45,129 nt of DNA, taken from NCBI GenBank assembly GCA_044220955.1, contig JBGAQA010000054.1, forward strand, positions 1 to 45,129, in the 5' to 3' direction. Shown here in pieces: positions 26,224-34,372 of this stretch. Each line of letters opens with the position of its first letter. The first letter of the stretch is position 1. The notes beneath the pieces were generated by a model. It made no database searches and was not told the DNA's origin. It saw only the letters and a program-made list of their open reading frames with translations. A program made the position numbers and the translations under genes. This DNA comes from Sandaracinaceae bacterium. GTDB lineage: Bacteria > Myxococcota_A > Polyangia > Polyangiales > Sandaracinaceae.

Positions 26224-26304
26224 GCGCGAGCATCGTCCGTGAGAACCCGCGAAAAGCAAGCCCAGTCGTCGCCCCGACGCCGCTCTGCGTTGTATGGTAC
26301 GCGC

Positions 26305-27159
26305 GTGCAGCCGGTTCACCGCTTCCTCGCCCTCGTCGCGCGCGAGCTCGACGCAGAGGACGCGCGCGTCGAGCTCGGCGGGAGGCCGGATCCGGACGCG
26401 ATCTGGGCGCCGCTCGAGGGGGACTTCCGAGTCGTTGCGCTCTTAGCCGCGCCGCCCGCCGACCCCGAGGGAAAGCGCAGCGCGCTCGCCGCGCTCGCCG
26501 CGTCCTTCTCGGGCCTGGTCGCGGGGGTGTCGCTCCCGCAGGGCAAGGACGAGCGCGAGCCCATCGCCCGGACGCTCGAGGACACGCTCGATCTGCTGGT
26601 CCACCGTGCGCGCGCCGAGAGCGCCTGGGTGATCGACGAGAGCTCGCCCGAGATCTGGGGCAGCTCCGAGCCGGGACGGCCGTCGCTCGACGTGGACGAC
26701 GCGCTCGTGCTCGCGAAGCTCGGGCGGACGCTCGCCGGGCTCGGCATCGCCCTCGACGGTCCCGACGCGATCGACGCAGGCCAGGTGCGCGCACGGGCGG
26801 CCGAGGCGTCGCTTCCGGCGGCCGACGTGACCGCGACGCTTCGCGACGTCGAGCGGCTCGAGTCGTTCCCCGCCGGGGCGCGCGAGCCGAGGACGATGCG
26901 CGCGATGCGCGCGATCGCGGCGGCGCGGGAAGGTGGCGCCGGCCAGGGCGCGCTGGTCCGCACCTTCGCGACGATCTACCGGCTCGTGCTGGTGTTCCCC
27001 GGCGAGATGAGCGAGCTGCACGCGGAGTCCGCGCTGATCCGCGCGCTGCCGGTCATCGAGCGCCTCGTGACGTCGCTGCCGCCGCGCAAGCCGACAGGGT
27101 CGGGACCCGAGACCGCGGGCGCGAAGGTCGCCGTGCTGCGGCGCCTCCGCTCGGTATGA
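26305..27159 (+). CDS. Hypothetical protein
   Basis: Globular-looking ORF (AESAWVIDESSPEIWGSS; RTFATIYRLVLVF); TATGGT 6 nt before GTG; stop overlaps next ATG. Confidence 0.72.
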   Translation: MQPVHRFLALVARELDAEDARVELGGRPDPDAIWAPLEGDFRVVALLAAPPADPEGKRSALAALAASFSGLVAGVSLPQGKDEREPIARTLEDTLDLLVHRARAESAWVIDESSPEIWGSSEPGRPSLDVDDALVLAKLGRTLAGLGIALDGPDAIDAGQVRARAAEASLPAADVTATLRDVERLESFPAGAREPRTMRAMRAIAAAREGGAGQGALVRTFATIYRLVLVFPGEMSELHAESALIRALPVIERLVTSLPPRKPTGSGPETAGAKVAVLRRLRSV

Positions 27160-27707
27160 GGCAGGCTTGGCTCGCGCTGGCGCTCGCCGCGTGCGGCGGA
27201 GCCGCGAGCGCGGCCCCGACGGCGAGCCGCGTCGACGCGGACCGCGGGCCGAGCGGGGAGATCGTGGGCGTCACCACCCGAGCCGAGATCGAGAGCGAGC
27301 TGCCGGCGTGGCGGGAGGCGATCGCGATCGCGACCATCGACACCGACGCCGCCGAACGTCTGGCGCACGTGGCCGCTGGCGCCGAGGTGGACGTGTTCCT
27401 CGGGACGTGGTGTGGCGACAGCCGGCGCGAGGTCGCGCGCCTGTTCCGTGCGCTCGAGCGGCCCGACGGGAGCCCGCCCTTGCCGTTCGAGGTCCGCTTC
27501 ATCGGTGTCGACCGCGCCAAGGCCGCGCCCGGCCTCACCGAGGGGGCGGACCTGCGCTACGTCCCGACCATCATCGTGCGCCGGGAGGGCGTCGAGATCG
27601 GGCGGATCATCGAGAGCGTGCCCGACGGCGTCGGCGTCGAGCGGGCGCTCCTCGGGCTCCTCGACGGCTCGCGGACCGGCGTGATCAGCGGCCGCCCCGG
27701 GCTCTGA
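27156..27707 (+). CDS. Thioredoxin-fold lipoprotein with CxxS (WCGDS) motif
   Basis: LALAAC lipobox, FLGTWCGDS, YVPTII cis-Pro, EIGRIIE; ATGA coupling. Confidence 0.85.
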   Translation: MRQAWLALALAACGGAASAAPTASRVDADRGPSGEIVGVTTRAEIESELPAWREAIAIATIDTDAAERLAHVAAGAEVDVFLGTWCGDSRREVARLFRALERPDGSPPLPFEVRFIGVDRAKAAPGLTEGADLRYVPTIIVRREGVEIGRIIESVPDGVGVERALLGLLDGSRTGVISGRPGL

Positions 27708-27828
27708 TCACGACGGCAGCGCTCGCCCCGGAGGTCCGTCCGGAAGAGGCCGCGGCCCGCGGACGGGAGCGGCCAGAGCGGCGCCCCGACACGACTGCGG
27801 ATCCCGCGCCTCATCCGACCCCCGCGCC

Positions 27829-28560
27829 TCAGCCGATCACCTCGTACTCGAGCAGGATGCGCGCACGGCCACGGGTGACCACCAGCGTGAAGTGATCTCG
27901 GGTGCGCGCGGCGTCGTACGCGAGCGCGGCCCCGTCGGGCGCGTCGAGCCAGTGCTCGTCGACGGCGCGGACCACGTCGCCCGAGCGCAGCCCGAGGGCC
28001 TCGAGCGCGCTCCCGCGCGCGACGCCGAGCACGCGCAGGCCCGTCACGGTGCCGCCCTCCACGATCGGGGCGACCGGCGCGTCGCCCGTCTGCTCGAGCA
28101 AGCGCGCGACGAGCGAGCGGGCGACCGCGAAGCGGCGAGGCGCCAGGCGCGCCACGTCGAGGCGCGAGCGCGGCAGGTCCGACGCGCGGAGCGGCTGCGC
28201 GAGGGCGACCGGCGCGCCGCGCTCGATCGCGATCGGTGGCCGGGTCGCGAGCACGAGGAGCGCGTCGAACGCGGTCAGCCCGAGCGCGAGCACCGCCGTC
28301 CAGGCCAGCGCGCGCGGCACCCACGTCCAGGGACCGGGCGTCGGTGGCGCGGGCGGCGGCGGCGGCAGGGTGCGTAGCGCCTCGTCGACCGACGCGAGCT
28401 CGACCGCGAGCGCGTGCCTCCGCGCTCGAAGCGTGTCGCGCGCGTCGCGGTACGGGCCCTCGCTGCCGCTGACAGAACGTCGCGGTCCCGGCCCGGGCCC
28501 GGACGCGGTGTCGTCGTTCCAGGTCCCTCGGGGGGCGAATTCGCAGTCGGTTCGTCGCAT
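27829..28560 (-). CDS. Membrane-anchored PDZ-domain protein (GspC C-terminal-like)
   Basis: One TM then GLRVLGVARGSALEALGLRSGDVVRAVD...LVVTRGR; start uncertain. Confidence 0.75.
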   Translation of the reverse strand: MRRTDCEFAPRGTWNDDTASGPGPGPRRSVSGSEGPYRDARDTLRARRHALAVELASVDEALRTLPPPPPAPPTPGPWTWVPRALAWTAVLALGLTAFDALLVLATRPPIAIERGAPVALAQPLRASDLPRSRLDVARLAPRRFAVARSLVARLLEQTGDAPVAPIVEGGTVTGLRVLGVARGSALEALGLRSGDVVRAVDEHWLDAPDGAALAYDAARTRDHFTLVVTRGRARILLEYEVIG

Positions 28561-28590
28561 GCGCAGTCCGCGTGCAGCACCCGTGCCGCC

Positions 28591-29766
28591 TCAAGGCAGC
28601 CGGACGCGGACGACGCGCGGCCAGTACGCACCCGGATCGCGGACGCGGCGCTCGTCCTGGTCCGGCGAGGTCGAGCCGATGGAGTAGCTGACGACGAGCA
28701 TCGCGGGCTCGAGCGGATCGAGCAGCTCGCGGTGGACCTGCGGGCCCGCGCAGTACGCGCCCGGATCGTCGGCGGGCAGCTCGCACCGCGTCAGCAGCAC
28801 CGAGCTCGTCCACGGCCCCTCGGGGCGGGCCGCCGTGTGGAGTCGGAGCTCGGTCCCGAAGCCCGCGGCGTACACGTGGAGCAGACCGGCGCCGCGGGGA
28901 TCGCGCACGACCGCCGATCGATGGGGGCCCGAGCCGAAGACGGGGACGGGGTCCCCCGCGCCCCAGCCGCCCGCCCCGAGCACGCGCCACGCCGCGGGGT
29001 CGTCGAGGGAGTCGACCGGCGCGCGCCCGACGGCCATGTCCGCCTCGAGCCCGCTCACGTCCGGCGGGTGCCCGTACGCGTACACGAAGCCACCCTCCAC
29101 GATCGCCGCGTCGCCGAGATCCGTCCCGCCTGCGAAGAGGAACGGACCGTCGAACGCGAGCCGGTCGCCCGCGACGCGCCCGATGCGCACGCCGAGCGCG
29201 CGCACCCCGAACGGCGAGCTCGCGTCGAACGCCCACGCGCGCGAGAGCACGCGCGTGCCGCCGGGCGTCGCGATCGCGCCCTGCACGTTCACGTACTCGC
29301 CGGCGTCGTGGGGGCCGTCGATGGGGGCCGTCGGCGCGCCGAGCGCGGCGCAGCTCGGCGCGCTCGCGACGCCCAGGAGCTGCACGCCTGCGCCGTCGCT
29401 GAACGGGAAGACCCACACGCAGCGCTCGCCGATCGGGATGGGCACGGGCGACTCGTGCACGCCGTCCGCGAAGAGCGGCTGATCGCGCAGCGGCAAGCAG
29501 CGATCGTCGGTCCACGGCACCGCGTAGACGGACGCCCCCGCCGGGCAGTGCCACGCCACGCCGGCGCACTCGGCGTCGACGAGCACGAGCGGATCGCAGG
29601 GCGACGCACGGTGCGTGCAGAGCGGCCGCTCGGCGGGATCGCACGTGGCGGCGTCGGGCAGTCGTCCCGCGTCGACGTCGGCCGGCGGGCGCACGTGCGA
29701 CGCGTAGCAGCCCGCGAGCGCGAGCGCGGGCAGGACGAGGACGGTGGCGCGGAGCCGTGCAGGCAT
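28591..29766 (-). CDS. Lipoprotein with Cys-rich N-terminus and beta-propeller-like (DUF4185-like) domain
   Basis: LAGCY lipobox; GFVYAYG, VGRAPV...W, TAARPEGPW, YCAGPQVH, LVVSYS, YWPR motifs. Confidence 0.65.
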   Translation of the reverse strand: MPARLRATVLVLPALALAGCYASHVRPPADVDAGRLPDAATCDPAERPLCTHRASPCDPLVLVDAECAGVAWHCPAGASVYAVPWTDDRCLPLRDQPLFADGVHESPVPIPIGERCVWVFPFSDGAGVQLLGVASAPSCAALGAPTAPIDGPHDAGEYVNVQGAIATPGGTRVLSRAWAFDASSPFGVRALGVRIGRVAGDRLAFDGPFLFAGGTDLGDAAIVEGGFVYAYGHPPDVSGLEADMAVGRAPVDSLDDPAAWRVLGAGGWGAGDPVPVFGSGPHRSAVVRDPRGAGLLHVYAAGFGTELRLHTAARPEGPWTSSVLLTRCELPADDPGAYCAGPQVHRELLDPLEPAMLVVSYSIGSTSPDQDERRVRDPGAYWPRVVRVRLP

Positions 29767-29872
29767 GGCCGCACAGCGAGCATGCGCCGTGCCTCACGGT
29801 TTTCCATCGGTTTCGCGGGCGCGAGTGAAGCGGAGTCACGACGCCGCGGGCCGAGGAGTCACGCTCTCGCTC

Positions 29873-30376
29873 TCACCGATACGGAATCACCGGCTCCGGA
29901 TCTCGATGACACGCGTTGCAGTCCCCGTCCGGCAGCCCGCTCGGTCCCGCATCGGGGACGCCCGTGTCGGGCTGCACGTATCCCGCGCCGAGCGGCGGGT
30001 GCTCGCCCCGCCAGATCAGCTGCGTCGCGCCGTGCTCGTCGACGAAGAGACCGAAGAACTCCCAGCCCGTGGCCAGACCCACGTTGAAGTCGCCCCCGCG
30101 CCTCGCCATGCCGTGCAGCAGCCACGCCGAGGGCGGACCGCTCTCCTCCGCGCGCACGAACGCCGCCCCGAGCGCCCACGGCGCGCCCCGGTCGGCGAGC
30201 GGGCTCGAGTAGATCGCGTGTGGATACACGTCCGTCGTCACGATCGGCGTGCGCGTCCACGTCTGGAACCCGGCGAAGTCGTCCAGCGTCGGCACGCGCT
30301 CGGGCGGCGGCTCGTGGCACGAGCCCAGCAGCGACGCGAGCAAGAGGCCGGCGACCGCTCGCACCGGGGTCAGCAT
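29873..30376 (-). CDS. Monoheme c-type cytochrome lipoprotein, cytochrome P460/c'-beta-like layout
   Basis: LLGSC lipobox; FAGFQTW..., GWEFF, C-terminal CNACH heme motif; start overlaps end of phosphoesterase gene. Confidence 0.65.
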   Translation of the reverse strand: MLTPVRAVAGLLLASLLGSCHEPPPERVPTLDDFAGFQTWTRTPIVTTDVYPHAIYSSPLADRGAPWALGAAFVRAEESGPPSAWLLHGMARRGGDFNVGLATGWEFFGLFVDEHGATQLIWRGEHPPLGAGYVQPDTGVPDAGPSGLPDGDCNACHRDPEPVIPYR

Positions 30377-31761
30377 CCGCTCAGTCCGAATGCCGCGGGC
30401 GCGTCCGGGCCGGTCGGGAAGCTCGGCTGGCAGAAGTCGAAGTACTCGAGCATCGCGCTCGAGTTCGCGTCGCGCGCGGACAGGGCGGGTAGCCCGAAGC
30501 GCAGCTCCACGAAGCGCACGATGGAGGTGTGCGAGTTCGTCGTGTGCCCGACGAAGCCGGGGCGCGCCCACGGGCTGATGACGTAGAGGGGCACGCGCAC
30601 GCCGTAGCGGTCGAACTCGGTCAGCGTCGGATCGGGCAGGCATGCGGCGGGGGGCGGCACGTGGTCGAAGAGCCCGCCGCTCTCGTCGTACGTGACGAAC
30701 ACCGCGAGCGAGCCCCAGAGCGGGCTCGCGATCGCAGCCTGGTAGATCCGCCGCACCCACTGCTCGCCGCCACCGATGTCGTTGACGGGGTGCTCGTCCT
30801 CCGCGCCCGCAGGATCGACGTACGACACGGCGGGGAGCGACCCGTCCGCGAGCTGCGCCAGGAACGTGTTGAAGCTGTGCACGCCCGCGTGCGAGGTCGT
30901 CCAGCCGAGGACGTCCTGGCGGATGCCGGAGCTCGAGTACACGCCCCAGCTCACGCCCGCGTCGTCGAGCGCGTCGTAGATCGTGCGCGCCGTCGGGATC
31001 GTCATCTCCCCCGTCGAGTGCACGCCGTGCGAGCTGCCCGTGTAGAGGAACGCGCGGTTGGACCACGTACCTCCGAGCGCGTCGCCGAAGTGGTGATCCG
31101 AGAAGGCGAACGTGCGCGCGAGCCACCAGTAGAAAGGAAGGTCCGTGCCGTCGTAGTAGCCGACCGCGAAGTGACCGTCCGTGCTCGCGGTGTCGGCGCT
31201 CGCGACCCAGCCGTCCATCGCGCCGTCGTTCCAGCCCGCGTGCATCGCCGTCCACTGGTGCGAGGGGTCGGCCTCGAGGCAGTGCGACGTCAGGTGGTGC
31301 GGCGCGACCGAGTGGCCGGCATCGTCGAGGTTCCGGTAGCTCGCGGGGAGCGGATCGCTGACGTCGTGATCGAACGTGGCGAAGTAGTGGTCGAACGAGC
31401 GGTTCTCTTGCGTGACGATGACCACGTGGTCGACGGGGATCATCGCGGCGAGCGCGGCGCTGATGCCGAGCGTCGCCTGCGCGCCCGCGCCCTCGTCGAA
31501 CGTGCAGCCCGCGCGCTCCGCCGCGTGCGTGTCCGCCGGGAGCTGCAGCTGGCACGCGCCACCGTCGCGCGGGACGATCGCCGCATCGCGCCCGGCGGCG
31601 GCGTCCGCGGAGTCTCCGGCGTCGCCGGCGGCGCTCCCCGCGTCGGCGCGGCTCGCCGCGTCCACGTCGGATCGAGCCGTCGGAGAGTCACAGCCGGTGC
31701 TCAGCGCGGGCGCGGAAACGAGAGCGACCAGGACCGCGAGGTGACGAGCGTGCTGGACCAC
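30370..31761 (-). CDS. Phosphoesterase/phospholipase C (PlcH/AcpA-like) lipoprotein
   Basis: HVVIVTQENRSFDHYF, TWSNR, LPAVSYV, DEHP, TYDESGGLFDHVPPP, GVRVP..ISPW, HTS..RF; TACCAT 6 nt before GTG. Confidence 0.9.
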   Translation of the reverse strand: MVQHARHLAVLVALVSAPALSTGCDSPTARSDVDAASRADAGSAAGDAGDSADAAAGRDAAIVPRDGGACQLQLPADTHAAERAGCTFDEGAGAQATLGISAALAAMIPVDHVVIVTQENRSFDHYFATFDHDVSDPLPASYRNLDDAGHSVAPHHLTSHCLEADPSHQWTAMHAGWNDGAMDGWVASADTASTDGHFAVGYYDGTDLPFYWWLARTFAFSDHHFGDALGGTWSNRAFLYTGSSHGVHSTGEMTIPTARTIYDALDDAGVSWGVYSSSGIRQDVLGWTTSHAGVHSFNTFLAQLADGSLPAVSYVDPAGAEDEHPVNDIGGGEQWVRRIYQAAIASPLWGSLAVFVTYDESGGLFDHVPPPAACLPDPTLTEFDRYGVRVPLYVISPWARPGFVGHTTNSHTSIVRFVELRFGLPALSARDANSSAMLEYFDFCQPSFPTGPDAPAAFGLSGC

Positions 31762-32603
31762 GAGGCGATGGTAGCGCGATCGGCGACGAACGCCGACGCA
31801 TCCCAGCGCGCGAGCGCGTCGGCGAGGCGATCTCGCGCGGCCGCGTCCGTGGGCGGCTCCGGGACGCGCAGCTCGACGCGATCGGAGCCCACCGCAACGA
31901 GCTCGACGTGCGCCAGATCCTCGAGGCGGCGCACGACGGCGACGTGCACGGCGGGCTCGGGGCAGCCGCGCCAGTTGCCGAACGCGAGCCACGCGATCGC
32001 GTCGGCGCCGCGCTCGACCGGCAAGAGCGCGACGGCGACGTCGAGCACCGGCAAGCCGAGCACCGGATCGAGGACCGACTCGAAGCGCTCCTCGTGCGGC
32101 GCGACCGGGATCGCCTCGCCGGGCGCCGGGGTGGGCTGCGCGGCGAGCCACGCGTCCAGATCCAGCGCCCCAGCGCGACGAAGCGTGGCCTCGACGGAGA
32201 TCGAGGTGTGCGTGGCAGCGTCGGCGTGCGCCGCGAGCGCGAAGCCGTCGCCGAGGATCACCGGCCAGAGGTGCGTCTCGGACGCCACCGCTCGAAGCGC
32301 CGTCCACACCTCGAGCGCGTCGCTGGCCGCGACGCCGACGCCGATCACGTCCGTGTGGTCGCGCCGCAAGAGCACGCGGAGCGGCGCATCCCCGAGGCCC
32401 GCGCGCCGGAACGCATCGGCAGCGGCCCTGCCTCGCGGATCGGCCGCGTGCAGATCGGTGCCGAGCGGTGGAGGTTGCCGCATCGTCACCGCGTAGCGCC
32501 TGCGGTCCTCCTCGGCGCCGGCGTCGCGGTCCGTCATGGCCCACACCGTCAGCCCGCCGAAGAGCAGCGCCACCGCGAGGCCGAGGACGATCCGATCGCG
32601 CAC
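31701..32603 (-). CDS. DUF4253-like domain protein with N-terminal TM anchor
   Basis: LWPVIL, FGNWRGCPEP..HVAVVR......ELV.VG.D.VEL.V..PP pattern. Confidence 0.72.
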   Translation of the reverse strand: MRDRIVLGLAVALLFGGLTVWAMTDRDAGAEEDRRRYAVTMRQPPPLGTDLHAADPRGRAAADAFRRAGLGDAPLRVLLRRDHTDVIGVGVAASDALEVWTALRAVASETHLWPVILGDGFALAAHADAATHTSISVEATLRRAGALDLDAWLAAQPTPAPGEAIPVAPHEERFESVLDPVLGLPVLDVAVALLPVERGADAIAWLAFGNWRGCPEPAVHVAVVRRLEDLAHVELVAVGSDRVELRVPEPPTDAAARDRLADALARWDASAFVADRATIASWSSTLVTSRSWSLSFPRPR

Positions 32604-32665
32604 GCGCCGAGACTTGCGGAGGAAGGCGGCGCGCGCAATGCGCGGCGTCGTGTCATCTTCCCGGC

Positions 32666-33088
32666 GTGGAAGACCTGATCGTGAACGAGCGCGTGGCGAT
32701 CTCCGCGCGGCATCTCTCGTGGAGCGCGGCCCGCAGCGGTGGGCCCGGCGGGCAGAACGTCAACAAGGTCTCGTCCAAGGTCGACCTGCGCTTCGACGTG
32801 GACGGCTCCGAGCTCTCGCCCGTCGTGAAGATGCGCCTGCGGACGCTCGCGCGGAACCGCCTCGACGGGGACGGCTTCGTGCTCGTCACGAGCCAGCTCA
32901 CCCGCGATCAGAAGCGGAACCTCGAGGACGCCCGCGAGAAGCTCGCGGGCCTGATCCGCGAGGCGCTCTTCGTGCCGAAGGCGCGCCGGCCCACCAAGCC
33001 CTCGCGCGGCTCGGTACGCCGGCGCCTCGAGGACAAGCGGCAGACGTCGGCGAAGAAGAAGGCCCGCACGAGCCGCGGCGAGGAGTGA
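32666..33088 (+). CDS. arfB: Alternative ribosome-rescue peptidyl-tRNA hydrolase ArfB
   Basis: RSGGPGGQNVNKVSS, RDQKRN, basic tail RRPTKPSRGS..RRL..K. Confidence 0.95.
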   Translation: MEDLIVNERVAISARHLSWSAARSGGPGGQNVNKVSSKVDLRFDVDGSELSPVVKMRLRTLARNRLDGDGFVLVTSQLTRDQKRNLEDAREKLAGLIREALFVPKARRPTKPSRGSVRRRLEDKRQTSAKKKARTSRGEE

Positions 33089-33148
33089 CGGCGAGCGTCT
33101 CGAGATGCGGCGGTTCGCCGGCGAGGCTCGACGCGGCGATCGGCGCGG

Positions 33149-34366
33149 CTACGGCGTGAACGTCGCGGCGACCGTGAGCCGGTAGTCGACCGGCCTCGCG
33201 GGCGTGCTCGCGCCGATCGATCGGATTCGCGCGTAGTACGTGCCCGCCGGCAGCGCGCCGAGCGCGGAGGCGGGACCGCCCACCATCGGGCAGCCACCGG
33301 CGGCGCCCAGGGTCGTCGTGGCCAAGACGGTGCTGCCGTCGACCCCGAGGACGGCCAGCGTGACGGGCACCGAAGCGTCCGCCGGACAGCCGCCGGTGCT
33401 GAGGCCGAACGAGACCGCGACCTCCCCCGTCTCGCCGACGGGCACGTCGAACGCGAACACGTCGCTCTCGCAGGCCGAGGCGATCCGGCCCAGCACGCTC
33501 GTCGTGCCGCTCGCCGCGAGGACGAGGTGGTTCGCCGAGTACGGATCGTCGTTCGCCTCGGCCTCGTTCGCGCCGCTCGCGAGCTCGGTGCGGCACGCGG
33601 CGTCGCACCCGTCCCCGCCGGTGGTGCCGCCGTCGTCGCATCCCTCGCTGTGCTCCCGCGTCCGGTTGCCGCATACCGGGTGGATCACGTCGAGCTCGCC
33701 GGCGAAGCCGCCCGCCGCCTGCGAGTCGACGCCGATGAAGTAGGTCGCCGTCGAGGGTGCGACGAAGGAGAAGTGCTCGTCCGACGAGGCGCCGCAGAGA
33801 TCCTGCCCCGCGCTGCCGGAGCACGTCCGCTCGTCGCAGGTCGAGTCGAGGATGTAGAGCGCCGCGTTGGTCCCGGCGGTGGGCCTTCGCAGGTGGAAGT
33901 GCCAGCGCTCGCCCGCGAGCATCATCACGGAGGCGAAGCCGTCGCGCCCCGGCTGCAGCGCGCCCGTGCACGCGGCGACGTCCGAGACGTCGTCGCTCAG
34001 CGAGCTCGTGTCGACGAGGTAGGCCGTCGACACCGCGTCGGTCGCGACCGCCGGTCGCGGGATGATCGGGACGCTGGCCGGGGTCGTGCAGAAGTCGGCG
34101 AGGCCGAGCGTCGGGATCGCGGCGTCGTTGCCGGCGTCCGTCGGTCCCGCGTCGATGCCCGCGTCCGTGCCCGCGTCGCTGCCGCCGTCCGCGCCCGCAT
34201 CGATCCCGGCGTCTCGCGCCCCCGCATCGCTGCCGCCGTCCCCGGCGACGAAGGCGTCGATGCCCGCCTCCGCCTCGCGCGCCTGGTAGAGGCGCGGGTC
34301 GAAGTTGTCGACGCAGCCCGGGGCGAGCGCGAGGGCGAGCACGATCGCGGCGAGAGGTCGGGGCAT
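33149..34366 (-). CDS. Lipoprotein with DAG-rich linker, DUF4215-like Cys repeat and PPC-like beta domains
   Basis: APGC lipobox; CGN......CDDG....GDGC...C..E; EAEAND, D.F.F, LPAGTYYARI. Confidence 0.78.
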   Translation of the reverse strand: MPRPLAAIVLALALAPGCVDNFDPRLYQAREAEAGIDAFVAGDGGSDAGARDAGIDAGADGGSDAGTDAGIDAGPTDAGNDAAIPTLGLADFCTTPASVPIIPRPAVATDAVSTAYLVDTSSLSDDVSDVAACTGALQPGRDGFASVMMLAGERWHFHLRRPTAGTNAALYILDSTCDERTCSGSAGQDLCGASSDEHFSFVAPSTATYFIGVDSQAAGGFAGELDVIHPVCGNRTREHSEGCDDGGTTGGDGCDAACRTELASGANEAEANDDPYSANHLVLAASGTTSVLGRIASACESDVFAFDVPVGETGEVAVSFGLSTGGCPADASVPVTLAVLGVDGSTVLATTTLGAAGGCPMVGGPASALGALPAGTYYARIRSIGASTPARPVDYRLTVAATFTP

Positions 34367-34372
34367 CGTCGG

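Noticed and set aside
31701..31761. 61-nt overlap of the DUF4253-like gene with the phosphoesterase start as a frameshift or pseudogene
   Set aside because: Both frames are intact and the DUF4253-like domain reaches its usual end; overlap fits an internal promoter and start.
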